A stretch of 64,000 bases of DNA from an uncultured Haloferula sp. (GCA_965652295.1 CBFGTS010000001.1:128001-192000), one strand, 5' to 3'. Counted from the stretch's first letter, positions 28,699 to 39,672 are shown. The notes: a model not told the origin generated them from the sequence alone. A program made the numbers and translations.

Positions 28699-30972
28699 TC
28701 AAGAATCGGCGGTGGGGGTCCCGCTGTCCGGCTCCACAGCGTTCAAGGTGATACGGGCCAGCGCGCCCTGGGCGTCGTCCCGGTTGCCCAGTTCCAGGCG
28801 GCCTTGGTGGAGCTCGACGATTTTTCGGGAAACCGAGAGTCCGAGACCGGTGCCGACGCCGGTGGGTTTGGTGGTGAAAAACGGGTCGTAGATCTTCTTG
28901 AGGTTCGCTTCCGGAATCCCCGGACCGGTATCGAGGACTTCAATGCAGACGACATGATCGTTCATCCGCAGGTGACGGCGGGTGCGCAGTCCCTCGTCGC
29001 GCTCCACGCCGGAGAGCCGGGTTTCATAAGTCCGCAGCAGGATCGTGCCGCCATGTTCCATCGCCTGCTGGGCGTTGATGATGAGGTTCACGATCACCTG
29101 TTCGAGCTTCGGGAGATCCACCTCGACCTTGGGCAGGCCGGAGGCGAGTTCCTCCACCACCGTCACGTTTTCCTTCCTCAGTTGGTACTCCACCAGAGCC
29201 AAGGCATCCCGGACGACTTGATTGGGCGGGACGGGTTCCAGTTTGAACTGCCGGGCGGAGGAGAAATCCACGAGACCGCGGACGATCCGTTTGGCCCGCT
29301 CGATCCCGCGCTTCATCCGCTCGATGGTTTCCCGCGAGGTTTCATCCTCCTCGGGAATCTTCCGGGCCAGGAGTTCCAGACCCATGCCGATCATGGCCAG
29401 CGGGTTCTTCACCTCGTGGGCCACGCCGGAAGCCAGCCTGCCGATCGATTCCATCTTCTCCGCCTGGATGAGTTGCTCCTGGGCGCGTTGGAGGTCCTCG
29501 TTGGCTTTCACCAGGTCGTCATTCAGCCTGCGCATCGCCTCCTCCGCCTCGTGGCGGTCGGTGACGTCGGTGGAAATGCCTCCCACGGCGTAAATCCCTC
29601 CGCGGTCGTCGCGCAGGGGAAATCGCACCGTGGCGTACCAGCGCGGATTGCCATTGAGGTAGAACTGTTCGTCGAGCCGCAGTGGCGCTTCCTGCCGGAG
29701 GGCTTCCAGGTCGCGTTCGCGAAATGCCTGGGCCGCTTCCTCATCGCCGAGGATCTCCCCGTCGGTTCGGCCCAGCACATCGCTCCGATCAAGACCGAAC
29801 ATCTCCTCGAAGCCGCGGTTGACCATCATGTAGCGGCCCTCTCGGCTCTTCATGTAAACGACCGCAGGGCTGTTATCCATGACCTCCTGAAGGCGCATCT
29901 GCGTCTTCGCCAGCTCGACGCGGGCCCGGCGTTCCTCGGTCACGTCGCGGTCCATCCCGACGATCCCCACGCAACGCCCTTCGCTGTCGAACCACGGCAC
30001 TTTGGTGGTCACCACGGTTCGCTCCTCGTTGTTGGCATCCATCATCAGCCATTCGCGGGTGACGATGTCGCGATCGCCGGCGAGCAGATCGAGATCTTCC
30101 TGCGTGCCCTTGCCGGTGACCCGTTGCGGGAAAAACTCCTCGGGTTTGCGACCGATCATTACATCCGGGTTGTTGACGCCCGCCCATTCCGCCAGCGGGC
30201 GATTCACCAGGACGTAGTGGCGGCCGGGATCGCGCACGAAAATCCGGTCGGGAAAGCTGTCGATGAGCGACCGCAGCATGTTGCGCTCCCGCTCCAGGGT
30301 GTTGCGCGTTTCGATGAGTTCGGTGACGTCGCTCGACATGCCGAAGGTGCCGATGATGCGCCCGTTGTGGTCGCGGAAGGGCATCTTGTTGGTCAGCACC
30401 CAGCCTTTTTTCCCGTCGTGGAATTCCTCGTATTCGATTTTTCCGACGATCGCCTTTCCGGTGCGGATGATCTCGCGTTCGTCCTTGAGGGCGTCGTCGG
30501 CATGGACCGCATCGAAGAAGTCGTGGTCGGTTTTTCCCAGCAGGTCCTTCGGGTGCCCGCAGCGGAACCACTCCGCCATTTTCTGGTTCACTTTAACGAA
30601 GTGGGAGTCGAGGTCCTTGAAATACAGACTGGAGGGGACGTGCTCCATCAAGGCGTCGAAGAAGCGTTCGAGAGTCATTCTCTCGTCCCGCTCCTGGGCC
30701 AGCTTGAGCTCCAGGGCATCGTACTCCGCCACGAGTTTCTCAGCCAGGATTTCCGCCTCGCGGCTGGTCACCCCGGCCTTGCGGCGGAGGTTCCAGGAAA
30801 GGGTGATGATCGAGAGCGCGGCCACCGAGAGAGCCCCGACGCGGACGGCGGGGTGCTCCGGCGAGGTGGCCAGGATGCCGGTGCCCAACAGGCCGCAGAA
30901 CGCCAGCGCCATGCGTAGCGAGCGGGAAGGGTCATCCCGCGGCATGCCGGGATCGTCCTCATGTTCCTCCAT
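28699..30972 (-). CDS. Membrane sensor histidine kinase with three PAS/PAC domains
   Basis: Two N-terminal TM helices; three PAS repeats; AHEVKNPL H-box; NLIINA, DTGPGI, FFTTKP, GTGLGL. Confidence 0.9.
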   Translation of the reverse strand: MEEHEDDPGMPRDDPSRSLRMALAFCGLLGTGILATSPEHPAVRVGALSVAALSIITLSWNLRRKAGVTSREAEILAEKLVAEYDALELKLAQERDERMTLERFFDALMEHVPSSLYFKDLDSHFVKVNQKMAEWFRCGHPKDLLGKTDHDFFDAVHADDALKDEREIIRTGKAIVGKIEYEEFHDGKKGWVLTNKMPFRDHNGRIIGTFGMSSDVTELIETRNTLERERNMLRSLIDSFPDRIFVRDPGRHYVLVNRPLAEWAGVNNPDVMIGRKPEEFFPQRVTGKGTQEDLDLLAGDRDIVTREWLMMDANNEERTVVTTKVPWFDSEGRCVGIVGMDRDVTEERRARVELAKTQMRLQEVMDNSPAVVYMKSREGRYMMVNRGFEEMFGLDRSDVLGRTDGEILGDEEAAQAFRERDLEALRQEAPLRLDEQFYLNGNPRWYATVRFPLRDDRGGIYAVGGISTDVTDRHEAEEAMRRLNDDLVKANEDLQRAQEQLIQAEKMESIGRLASGVAHEVKNPLAMIGMGLELLARKIPEEDETSRETIERMKRGIERAKRIVRGLVDFSSARQFKLEPVPPNQVVRDALALVEYQLRKENVTVVEELASGLPKVEVDLPKLEQVIVNLIINAQQAMEHGGTILLRTYETRLSGVERDEGLRTRRHLRMNDHVVCIEVLDTGPGIPEANLKKIYDPFFTTKPTGVGTGLGLSVSRKIVELHQGRLELGNRDDAQGALARITLNAVEPDSGTPTADS

Positions 30973-31097
30973 ACCAGCTCTAACCAACCACGGTCCCGAT
31001 CTTTTCGCAATGCGCGAGGCGGTCAGCGCGGGTGGCCGCAGGCGACGGCGGGGAACACGTCGTTTGACGCCCGGCGGTTCCCGGGCGATGCCATCAG

Positions 31098-32447
31098 ATG
31101 CCGGTAATACTGCGATGGATGGGAGCGGCATGGCTGGCGGCCATCACGCTGACCGCCGCGCAGGAGTCATCCTCGCCGACTCCTGCACCCCGGGTCGAGG
31201 TCGCCCAGCAAGCGAGCGACATGGAAATCGCCGCCCGCCTTTCCGGCATTCTCAAGGCGACGGCTTGGTTCGAGTCGCCCCAGATCACCGTGGACCAAGG
31301 GGTGGTGTTTCTTTCCGGCGTGGCCGAAAACGAGGACCGTCGGGAGTGGGCGACCTCGCTGGCGGAGCGAACCGATGGCGTGGTGGCGGTCGTCAACCGC
31401 ATGGAACTCGCCGCCGCGCCCGGGGTGGACCTCTCGCCCGCTTGGGACGAACTCTCGGAAATCCGCCGCAAGGCAGTGCGCAACAGCCCGCTCATCGGCC
31501 TGGCGCTGGTGCTGCTCGTCCTGAGCTGGATGGCGGCGAAGTGGACTTCGCGCGGCACCCGCTCGGTTTTGCGACGGCGCATGAAGAGCGAGCTGCTGGG
31601 GGTGGTCGTGGCCCGCACAATCGCGGTGCTGGTGCTGATCCTCGGCATCTACCTCGTGCTGAAAATCTCCGGGCTCACGCGGCTGGCGGTGACGGTCCTC
31701 GGGGGCACCGGGCTGCTCGGCCTGGTCGTCGGCTTCGCCTTCCGCGACATCGCGGAGAACTTCCTCGCAAGCATCCTGCTCAGCATCCAGCGACCTTTCG
31801 CCACGGGCGATCGCATTCTCGTCGCCGGTCACGAGGGCTTCGTCCAGAGCGTCAACACGCGCTCGACCCTGCTGATGACGCTGGAGGGCAACCACGTCCA
31901 GATCCCCAACGCCACGATCTACAAGGAACCCATCGTCAATTTCACCGCCAATCCGAACGCCCGCTTCGACTTCACGGTGGGGATCGGCTACGAGGACTCG
32001 ATTTCCGAAGCTCAGGAAATCGCGATGGAGGTGCTGCGTGGTCACCCGGGCATCGTGGACGATCCCGAGCCAATGGTGCTGGCGGAGTCGCTGGGAGCGG
32101 CGACGGTGAATCTGAGGATCTACTTTTGGATCAACATCGCCCGCTTCGGTCAGCTCAAGGTCCGTTCTTCGGTCATCCGGCTGGTGAAAAAGGCCTTCAT
32201 CAAGGGTGGCATCTCGATGCCCGACGAGGCTCGTGAAGTGGTTTTCCCCGCCGGGGTTCCGGTGCGGATGGTCGGGGAGACCTCATCTCCCTCGTCTCCG
32301 GCGTCGTCGGTTTCCGCCCCTCCGGAGAGGGAGACCGGCGAGGTCGCCAGCGTCGCCGAGGGCGGGCTTCACAGCGAAGCCGACGAGATTCTCGGTCAGG
32401 CCCGCTCCTCGCGCACGCCCGAGGCCGGCGCGAATCTGTTGGACTGA
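31098..32447 (+). CDS. MscS family mechanosensitive channel with N-terminal BON domain
   Basis: BON-like VDQGVVFLSG..GVVAVVNRM; GFAFRDIAENF..RPFATGD..IPNA. Confidence 0.88.
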   Translation: MPVILRWMGAAWLAAITLTAAQESSSPTPAPRVEVAQQASDMEIAARLSGILKATAWFESPQITVDQGVVFLSGVAENEDRREWATSLAERTDGVVAVVNRMELAAAPGVDLSPAWDELSEIRRKAVRNSPLIGLALVLLVLSWMAAKWTSRGTRSVLRRRMKSELLGVVVARTIAVLVLILGIYLVLKISGLTRLAVTVLGGTGLLGLVVGFAFRDIAENFLASILLSIQRPFATGDRILVAGHEGFVQSVNTRSTLLMTLEGNHVQIPNATIYKEPIVNFTANPNARFDFTVGIGYEDSISEAQEIAMEVLRGHPGIVDDPEPMVLAESLGAATVNLRIYFWINIARFGQLKVRSSVIRLVKKAFIKGGISMPDEAREVVFPAGVPVRMVGETSSPSSPASSVSAPPERETGEVASVAEGGLHSEADEILGQARSSRTPEAGANLLD

Positions 32448-32466
32448 AAGCCGCGCGACGCTCCGC

Positions 32467-33837
32467 TCAGATCACCTCGCCATACAGCGTGAACCCGGTG
32501 CTTTCGTGAATCTTGAGGTCGAGCAGCTGGCCGGTGAGCTTGTTCGCATCGCCTTCGAAGATGACGATCTTGTTCTGGCTCGTGCGTCCGCCGAGGCGGG
32601 CCTTGTTGTTTTTGCTGGGGCCTTCGCAGAGGACCTGCTGGACGGTGCCGACGAGGGCCTCGTTCTTCGCCTTGGTGATTTCGTTGATGACCTCCAACAG
32701 CCGCTGGTTGCGCTCTTCCTTCACGCGTTCGGGGAGCTGGCCGTCCATTTCCGCCGCCGGCGTGTCCTTGCGTTTGGAGTAGCGGAAGATGAAGGCGTTG
32801 TCGAAACGGAGGCGCTGGCAGGTATCGATGGTTTCCTGGAAATCCTCCTCGGTCTCGTGGGGAAAGCCGACGATGATGTCGGTGGTGATGGCGAGGTCGG
32901 GCCGGGCGCCCCGCATCTTCTCGCAGATCTCGACGAACTTCTCGTTCTTGTACGGCCGGCGCATCAGCTTGAGAATGCGATCGCTGCCGCTCTGCATCGG
33001 GAAGTGGATGTGGGAGGCGAGCTTGGGCAGGTAGGTGAAGGCGGCGACGAGGTCGTCGCGGTAGCCGATCGGATGCGGCGAGGTGAAACGGATGCGCTGG
33101 AGGCCGTCGATTTCGTGAACGGCTTCGAGGAGCTGCACGAAGGGGGATTTGCCATCGATCTTCTCGAACTCGGTGCGGCCGTAGAGGTTCACGATCTGGC
33201 CGAGGAGGGTGACCTCTTTCACGCCGTGATCGACGAGCCGCTTCACCTCCTCGACGATCTCGGGGATCGGGCGGCCGCGTTCTTTTCCGCGGGTATCCGG
33301 GACGATGCAGAAGGAGCAACGCATGTTGCAGCCCTGCATGATGGAGACAAACGCGGTGGCTTCGTGGGCTTTCGGGACGTGATCGCGGATGGTGTTCTGC
33401 GAGCCGGTTTCCTCGTCGGTGTCGCAGACACTTTCGCCGGTGAGCGAAAGCGAGAGGTCGTCCATCCGGCGTTCGAGGCGCCGGCTCAGGATGCCATCCA
33501 CGTATTCGAAAACCTTGTGGTATTTCTGGGTGCCGACGACGACATCGAGGTGTTTGATGCGTTCGAAAAGCTCCGGCCCGCGGCTTTGGGCCATGCAGCC
33601 CATGAAGCCGTAGACGACGTGGGGCTTCTCCTTCCGGTGGTGGCCCATGAGGCCCATTTTTCCGAGGGCCTTCTGCTCGGCCTGGTCGCGGACCGAGCAG
33701 GTGTTGATGAGGATGGCGTCCGCCTCGGCCTCCTCGGTCGTGAGCGTGTAGCCGCCTTCGACGAACATCTGGGCGACTTGCTCGGAGTCGCGCTCGTTCA
33801 TTTGGCAGCCGTAGGTGCGGATGTGGACTTTGGGCAC
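32467..33837 (-). CDS. miaB: tRNA-2-methylthio-N6-isopentenyladenosine synthase MiaB
   Basis: TYGCQMNERDS, NTCSVR, GCMAQ, radical SAM CxxxCxxC (GCNMRCSFC), C-terminal TRAM domain. Confidence 0.95.
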   Translation of the reverse strand: MPKVHIRTYGCQMNERDSEQVAQMFVEGGYTLTTEEAEADAILINTCSVRDQAEQKALGKMGLMGHHRKEKPHVVYGFMGCMAQSRGPELFERIKHLDVVVGTQKYHKVFEYVDGILSRRLERRMDDLSLSLTGESVCDTDEETGSQNTIRDHVPKAHEATAFVSIMQGCNMRCSFCIVPDTRGKERGRPIPEIVEEVKRLVDHGVKEVTLLGQIVNLYGRTEFEKIDGKSPFVQLLEAVHEIDGLQRIRFTSPHPIGYRDDLVAAFTYLPKLASHIHFPMQSGSDRILKLMRRPYKNEKFVEICEKMRGARPDLAITTDIIVGFPHETEEDFQETIDTCQRLRFDNAFIFRYSKRKDTPAAEMDGQLPERVKEERNQRLLEVINEITKAKNEALVGTVQQVLCEGPSKNNKARLGGRTSQNKIVIFEGDANKLTGQLLDLKIHESTGFTLYGEVI

Positions 33838-33934
33838 GGGCCGGGAAGAAAGGGGAAATCCAGCCGCCGGATCAAACCGAAAAAGCGCGTGGTGGCTGGA
33901 CGCGGGGTGGCGGGCTCCTCAGTTTGTCGCCGCG

Positions 33935-35260
33935 ATGCACCCCGGGTCCCTGCGTGCCTACCGTGATTCCCTCCTCCGCCAGCCGCCGGTCTGGCTGTTG
34001 GTGCTGTTGGCCGTATTCTGGGGGGTGTCGGAGTGGGGCGAGCCGGGATACGAAGACCCGGCGGAGGTGGTCGAGTCGGTCGAGCGCTGCGCCGACGTTT
34101 CCCTGACGCTGGCTGAGAAGCTGGGCGAGTGGCGGAACCCGGTCGCGCTGGTGCTGTCGGAGGGCGACCCCGGTGAAATCTCGGAGTGGGTGACATCGGA
34201 CCTTGCCGAGGAGGACCTGCGCGAGCTGACCGACGTGGATGAGTTTTTCACGCGGACGCTGCCGGAGGACGCGGATGAATGGCTGCTGGCCTCGCTGGCG
34301 CTGACGGGGGACAAGCCGACGGCGGGTGAATGGGCGAGGCTGGAAGAGGATTACGACGGGCTGCCGCTCTATCGCTGGGAGGCGGACGCGCTGCGGGAGC
34401 TGGCGGGCGATGCAGGACCGGAGTGGGTCGCGGAAACGGTGGAGGTTCGGGGAGAAATGGAGCGTTGGATGGTGACCTGCACCTTGGCGGCGGCGGCGGC
34501 GACCTTGGCGGCGATCCTCCTCGGACTGCCCGGTCTTTCCTCGGTGGGGAAGGCGCTCCGGAGTCCGGAGTCTCCGCGCCGGGCGATGGCGATGATTCCG
34601 TGGCGGTGGGTTTGCCTGACGTTTCTGGTCGCGGAGCTGGTGGCGAACTGGCTGCTCACCCGCGCTTACGACGGGCTGGTTTATTTCGAGGACTGGCCGT
34701 TCGCGCTGGATGTCTTTCTGGACGCCGTCTGGCGGATCGGTGGGGCGGTGCTGTTGGTGGGATTGCTTTTTCCGCGGTGGCGGGACGCTTGGCGCTTGTT
34801 CGGGCTCGATCGTCCGTGGCAGGCGAAAGTCAGCCTTGGCATGCTGGCGGTGCTGTTGATGGCGAGCTCGGCGTGGTATCCGGTGGCGTTGGAGTGGTTT
34901 CCGGATTCGGCGGCGCTGCTTTTCGACGAGGATGGGTGGGGCGGCTTGGGCTACGCGCTGCTTTCCGGCGTGGTGCTGGCACCGGTCTGCGAGGAGATCG
35001 TTTTCCGCGGCTGCTTGTTCGGCGGGTTGTGGTCGCGGATCGGCTTCTGGCCGGCGACCTTGCTGTCCTCCGCGGTGTTTTCCTCGATCCATCACTACGG
35101 GGTCGCGGGCAGCGTGGGGGTGTTCGGGATCGGAGTGGCGGCGTGCGTGCTTTTCCGCCACACGAAATCGCTGAAAGGCCCGATGCTGGTCCACGCGGCC
35201 TACAATTTCCTGATCACGCTGGCGGTCTGGCCGGTGTATCAGGCTCCGTATTCCGTCTGA
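33935..35260 (+). CDS. CPBP/Abi family intramembrane metalloprotease
   Basis: APVCEEIVFRG, FSSIHH, HAAYN. Confidence 0.85.
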   Translation: MHPGSLRAYRDSLLRQPPVWLLVLLAVFWGVSEWGEPGYEDPAEVVESVERCADVSLTLAEKLGEWRNPVALVLSEGDPGEISEWVTSDLAEEDLRELTDVDEFFTRTLPEDADEWLLASLALTGDKPTAGEWARLEEDYDGLPLYRWEADALRELAGDAGPEWVAETVEVRGEMERWMVTCTLAAAAATLAAILLGLPGLSSVGKALRSPESPRRAMAMIPWRWVCLTFLVAELVANWLLTRAYDGLVYFEDWPFALDVFLDAVWRIGGAVLLVGLLFPRWRDAWRLFGLDRPWQAKVSLGMLAVLLMASSAWYPVALEWFPDSAALLFDEDGWGGLGYALLSGVVLAPVCEEIVFRGCLFGGLWSRIGFWPATLLSSAVFSSIHHYGVAGSVGVFGIGVAACVLFRHTKSLKGPMLVHAAYNFLITLAVWPVYQAPYSV

Positions 35261-35327
35261 GCGCGGTGCGAAATGCGGACCGCAACCGGGCTTGCCAGCC
35301 CGCGGGTCCGCCCCGATGCTCCCGCCC

Positions 35328-36593
35328 ATGATCACCGCTTACGACGTGGTGGATTTCTTCAGGCCGAACTTTCTCCTCCCCGGGTGGAAGAAGGAGGCAA
35401 AGCATCTGGTGAAGGGCGCGAAGAAGTTCATCCACTACAAACGCGACCTGCTGCCGGCGGACCGGATCGCCGAAATCGAGTCGCGGCGCATGGACCTGAA
35501 GTTGGCGCTGCAACGCAGCGACCGCAAGGCGACCGAGGAGGCCGGCCGGCAACTCCAGGACACCTGCGAGCGGGCGACCTCGAAGGTCTTCCACCAGAGT
35601 TGGTGGGAGGAAAACCTCGAGGTCATTTTCGTGGCGTTGGTCGTGGCTCTGGGCCTGCGGGCCTACATCGTGCAGCCGTTCCGGATTCCGACGGGGTCGA
35701 TGCAGCCGACGCTGAACGGCATCGTGATCCGCAACGAAGGTCCGGGTTTCGAGGCCCCGTGGTTTGGGAAACGGGTGTGGGATTTCCTGATCAACGGGAA
35801 GACCTACCAGAAGATCATTGCCGACGCCGACAAGCAGATTATCGGCAAGCGTGATCGTTCATGGTTTCTTTTCACCCGCACGGAAGTGATGTTTTCCGAT
35901 GGTAGCACGATGAAAATTCCAGCGGCTGGGGGGGAAGTGGCGGACACCTTCGAGATCAAACAATTCCGAGACCAAGCCGGAGGCATCCGGGAGATTGGCA
36001 AGGCTTACGAAAAGGGCGATGTCATCCTCAACGGCTCCGTCACCACCGGTGACCTCGTGCTGGTTGATCGGATTTCCTACCACTTCCGCAAACCGAAACG
36101 CGGCGAGGTCTTCGTGTTCGATACCCGCGCGATCCCGACCGGCGGCGACATCACCCCGGAACTTGCCGCGCAGGCGGGCGGATCCCACTACATCAAGCGC
36201 CTCTGCGGCGTGCCAGGCGACGCGCTCTCGATCGATCAGCCGGATCTCCTGAACCACGGCGAAATCGTTCAGGCTCCCGGAATCCGTCGCGTGGCCGAAC
36301 GGGAGGGCGAGTATGCCTTCACCTACGACGGCGAGCCGCGTCTCGGCTATCACCTGGCGGACAAACGGAACGCCGCAAATTTCCGCCGTCCACCGCTGGT
36401 GGAACCGGGCGACGTCTTTCATCTCGCCATTTCCGAACAGCAGGGGATGAGTGAATACGCCGCGCTGGGCGACAATACGGGCAACTCGCTCGACTCCCGC
36501 TACTGGGGCGCGGTGCACGAGTTCAATCTTGTCGGGCCCGGCTGGGTTTCGCTGTGGCCCTTTGGCTCGGGCCATTGGGGCGGGATCGATTGA
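35328..36593 (+). CDS. lepB: Signal peptidase I with N-terminal extension
   Basis: PFRIPTGSMQPTL, YIKRLCGVPGD, LGDNTGNSLDSRYWG. Confidence 0.92.
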   Translation: MITAYDVVDFFRPNFLLPGWKKEAKHLVKGAKKFIHYKRDLLPADRIAEIESRRMDLKLALQRSDRKATEEAGRQLQDTCERATSKVFHQSWWEENLEVIFVALVVALGLRAYIVQPFRIPTGSMQPTLNGIVIRNEGPGFEAPWFGKRVWDFLINGKTYQKIIADADKQIIGKRDRSWFLFTRTEVMFSDGSTMKIPAAGGEVADTFEIKQFRDQAGGIREIGKAYEKGDVILNGSVTTGDLVLVDRISYHFRKPKRGEVFVFDTRAIPTGGDITPELAAQAGGSHYIKRLCGVPGDALSIDQPDLLNHGEIVQAPGIRRVAEREGEYAFTYDGEPRLGYHLADKRNAANFRRPPLVEPGDVFHLAISEQQGMSEYAALGDNTGNSLDSRYWGAVHEFNLVGPGWVSLWPFGSGHWGGID

Positions 36594-36658
36594 CTCGTAG
36601 GAGCACGGATGACGCAGCCAGGCCGGAACAGCCATGATTCCCGGAACCTCGTAACTGG

Positions 36659-37498
36659 ATGAGCGAAGCGGTCGACATCACCAAGCAAGCCAAGTCGAAC
36701 CTGGCGTTCGCCCTGAACATCCTGCCCAAGGATCGCCGGGACGATGCGGTGATTTTCTATGCCTTCTGCCGCATCATCGACGACCTCGCGGACGACCTCC
36801 GCCAGCCGGTGGAAACCCGGGAAGCCGCGCTCATGGAGTGGCAGCGCGGGCTTTCCGAGGGCTTCCCGGAGCCCGATGAACTCCAGCGCCAGCTGCTCGC
36901 GATGGCGGAGCGCCGTTCAATCCCGATGGAACTGCTGGGTGCCATCGTCGAAGGCTGCCGGATGGATCTCCACCCGCAGCGTTTCGAGACCTGGGAGGAG
37001 CTTTCCGAATACACCTGGAGGGTCGCCTGCGCGGTGGGGCTAGTGGCCATGCGTATCTTCGGTGCCCGCGATCCACGGACGGAAAAATACGCCGTTTCGC
37101 TCGGTCATGCTTTGCAACTCACCAACATCCTGCGCGATGTCGGCGAGGACTGGGGCAACGGCGAGCGCGTTTATCTGCCCATCGCCACTCTGCGAAAGCA
37201 TGGCTACACCGTCGAGGAGCTCGCCGCCGGAGTGCATGACGAGCGTTTCGTCGCGCTGATGCGCGAGGAGGCGGATCGGGCCGATCAGTTTTTCGCGGAG
37301 GCGGGGAAGCTTCTGCCGGAGGGCGACCGCCAGTCGATGGTTGCCGCGGAGATCATGCGCTCGATCTACTCGTCTCTTCTCGACAAGATGCGGCGCGATC
37401 GGTTTCACGTTTTTTCCCGCCGCTACCGGTTGTCGAAAGCCCGCAAGCTGGCGATTTTCTCCAAACACCTCATCGGGACCGGCTTTTCGCCTGAATAG
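36659..37498 (+). CDS. Phytoene/squalene synthase family (HpnD/CrtB-like)
   Basis: YAFCRIIDDLAD, VACAVG, LQLTNILRDVGED, RVYLP. Confidence 0.88.
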   Translation: MSEAVDITKQAKSNLAFALNILPKDRRDDAVIFYAFCRIIDDLADDLRQPVETREAALMEWQRGLSEGFPEPDELQRQLLAMAERRSIPMELLGAIVEGCRMDLHPQRFETWEELSEYTWRVACAVGLVAMRIFGARDPRTEKYAVSLGHALQLTNILRDVGEDWGNGERVYLPIATLRKHGYTVEELAAGVHDERFVALMREEADRADQFFAEAGKLLPEGDRQSMVAAEIMRSIYSSLLDKMRRDRFHVFSRRYRLSKARKLAIFSKHLIGTGFSPE

Positions 37499-37527
37499 CC
37501 GGAGTCGGAACACGTTTCATTCAGCAC

Positions 37528-37992
37528 ATGAACCCACGAATTGCGATCCTCGGAGTGGCACTGACCCTGGCGTCGTGCACGACCTATCAACAAAGTGGTG
37601 CCGTGATCGGTGCCGTCGCCGGTGGCTTGGCCGGAGCGGCATTCGGCGACGACCATCAGGACGTGGTGGCCGGAGCGGCTGTGGGGGCGGGCCTCGGTGC
37701 CGGGGCCGCGGCGGTCCACGAGAACGAAGTGCGGAAACGGAATTATGACCGCTACGGCATCCCCCAGCCCGAAGGAGGTCCGCAGGATGGCCGGGGATAC
37801 GAGCAGGTTCCGCCCGAGCCGGAGCCGGAGCCGAGGCGTGCGCAGGGCGACTACCCGACCGCGAACCCGAGCGGGGTGCCCGGTCAGGTGATCAGCCCGT
37901 ATCCGCCCTACAAGAAGATCGACGTGAGCGGCTTCAACTCCGGCCAGCTCGCGAAAGATCCGACCACCGGGAAGATCTTCCGGGTGCCGTGA
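37528..37992 (+). CDS. Glycine-zipper lipoprotein
   Basis: Lipobox LASC; GAVIGAVAGGLAG..GAAVGAGLGAG; C-terminal SPYPP..DPTTGKIFRVP. Confidence 0.8.
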   Translation: MNPRIAILGVALTLASCTTYQQSGAVIGAVAGGLAGAAFGDDHQDVVAGAAVGAGLGAGAAAVHENEVRKRNYDRYGIPQPEGGPQDGRGYEQVPPEPEPEPRRAQGDYPTANPSGVPGQVISPYPPYKKIDVSGFNSGQLAKDPTTGKIFRVP

Positions 37993-38020
37993 CGGTCCGA
38001 GATCGATCGCCGGAGGCTGA

Positions 38021-39151
38021 TCATCGGCCGTAGAGCGCGTCGATGAGCGCGGTGGCGCGGATGCCGGGCATGACGCTGAGTTCCATCTGGTTCATCACGT
38101 AGGCGAAGCTCAGGCGGCTGTCGGGGTCGGCGAAGGCGTGGCTGCCACCGGCACCGGGATGACCGAAGGCATGGGTGGCCGGGCCGTAGAGATGGCGGAA
38201 CTTGCGGCCGATGTCGTCAAGCGGGTCGAGCTGGCAGCCACAGGAAAAGGCGGTGGGCTTGAGCAGGACGAGGTCGTCGCCATCGACAAGGCGGGCGGCG
38301 AGCGCCGAGTGGACCTTTTCGCTGAACGGGCCGGGAATGTGGCCGGCGACGACTTGGTAGAACTTCGCCAGCGCCGAGGCGGTGCCGACGCCGCCCATGG
38401 CGGGAAAGCCGGCGGACCAGGCGGCGGGGTCGTTCATTTCCCGCACCGATCGGACGCCGCGGGGCGACGAGAAGGCGCGCTGGGTGAGGCTGCCCTGCTG
38501 TTGGAATGCCTGATAGAAGCCCTCCTTGAAATCCTTCGGCGTGGCTTTTCCGGGGTAGAGGGTGGCGACGCGGTGATGCTGGCTTTTCGGCAGGCCGATC
38601 CAGAATTCGAGGCCGAGCGGCCGGGCGATGCGTGACTGCCAGAACCCCGCCAAGGGCAAACCGGTGAGGCGGCGGACCGGTTCGTCGATCAACGCGCCGA
38701 AGGTCCGCGGATGGTAGCCGTGGCCTTCGCCGAGCGTCCACGCGGGGGTCTGGGCTTCGATGGCGGCGACGACTTCATCGTGCCGCCAGAGGCTCGCCGG
38801 TTGGTCGAGAGCGGCCATCCCGCACTGGTGGGAAAGGAGCTGGGCGAAGGTGGCATGGGGCAGGGGAAAGCCCGGCCAGACCTCGCCGACGGGGGTTTCC
38901 GGACCGTAGCCGTGGTCTTCGAGGGCGAGGAGTAAAGCGGCGGCGGCGGGTGCCTTGGTGGCCGAATAGACGGGAACGAGGGTTTTGGTCGTCCACGGGT
39001 GGCGGTGTTCCTTTTCGCGCCAGCCATCGGCCTCGGAGAGCACCTCCTCGCCATCGACCCACACGGAAACGGAGGCACCCAGCTCGCCGCGGGAGCGGAA
39101 ATTTTCCGCGAACTCGCTGAGGAGGGCTCCGAATCCCGCGGGTGTCACCAT
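38021..39151 (-). CDS. Serine hydrolase (beta-lactamase-family esterase)
   Basis: SATK, LLSHQCG, YHPRTFG, FGHPGAGGS. Confidence 0.88.
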   Translation of the reverse strand: MVTPAGFGALLSEFAENFRSRGELGASVSVWVDGEEVLSEADGWREKEHRHPWTTKTLVPVYSATKAPAAAALLLALEDHGYGPETPVGEVWPGFPLPHATFAQLLSHQCGMAALDQPASLWRHDEVVAAIEAQTPAWTLGEGHGYHPRTFGALIDEPVRRLTGLPLAGFWQSRIARPLGLEFWIGLPKSQHHRVATLYPGKATPKDFKEGFYQAFQQQGSLTQRAFSSPRGVRSVREMNDPAAWSAGFPAMGGVGTASALAKFYQVVAGHIPGPFSEKVHSALAARLVDGDDLVLLKPTAFSCGCQLDPLDDIGRKFRHLYGPATHAFGHPGAGGSHAFADPDSRLSFAYVMNQMELSVMPGIRATALIDALYGR

Positions 39152-39204
39152 GGCGGGGGGAAACTCCGGAAGCCGGGGCGGAACTGCAAGAATGTTTGCG
39201 GTGC

Positions 39205-39672
39205 TCAGGGCAGCTTGCCGAGGGTGGAGAGGTCCTCGTCCTTGGCGGCGAGTTCGCGCAGGCGGCCGTTCATTTGGAACGCCCGCCGCAGATGCGAGCG
39301 CGCCGGCCCCTTTTCGCCGAGGACCGCGTGGTAGCAGGCGATGTTGTAGTGAAAGAGAGGATCCTCGATGAGACAGGTGGGCCCGGTCATGAGCCAGTTC
39401 CGCGCCGCAGCGGTGTCGCCGGTTTCGTGGAGGCAGTAGGCGGCGTGGATGAAAAACCGCGGCTCCTTCGGCTCACGCAGGCAGAGCAGTCGGCCGGTGT
39501 CCGCGCCGGCATTCCAATGGCCGGCTTTCATTTCCGCGACGAGCTTCAGCTCCAGCGCCTGGAGCCGCATTCGCTCCCGGGCGTCGAGGCTGGAAAGCTC
39601 CGCCAGAGCTTCCTCAGGCGACCCGAGTTCCAGCCAGCCGAGGGCGGAGGTCAGGGTTCTGACGAAATCCAT
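39205..39672 (-). CDS. TPR-repeat protein
   Basis: GWLELG..EA..EL; AYCLHE.G; HYNIACYHAVLG..A..DEDL. Confidence 0.8.
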   Translation of the reverse strand: MDFVRTLTSALGWLELGSPEEALAELSSLDARERMRLQALELKLVAEMKAGHWNAGADTGRLLCLREPKEPRFFIHAAYCLHETGDTAAARNWLMTGPTCLIEDPLFHYNIACYHAVLGEKGPARSHLRRAFQMNGRLRELAAKDEDLSTLGKLP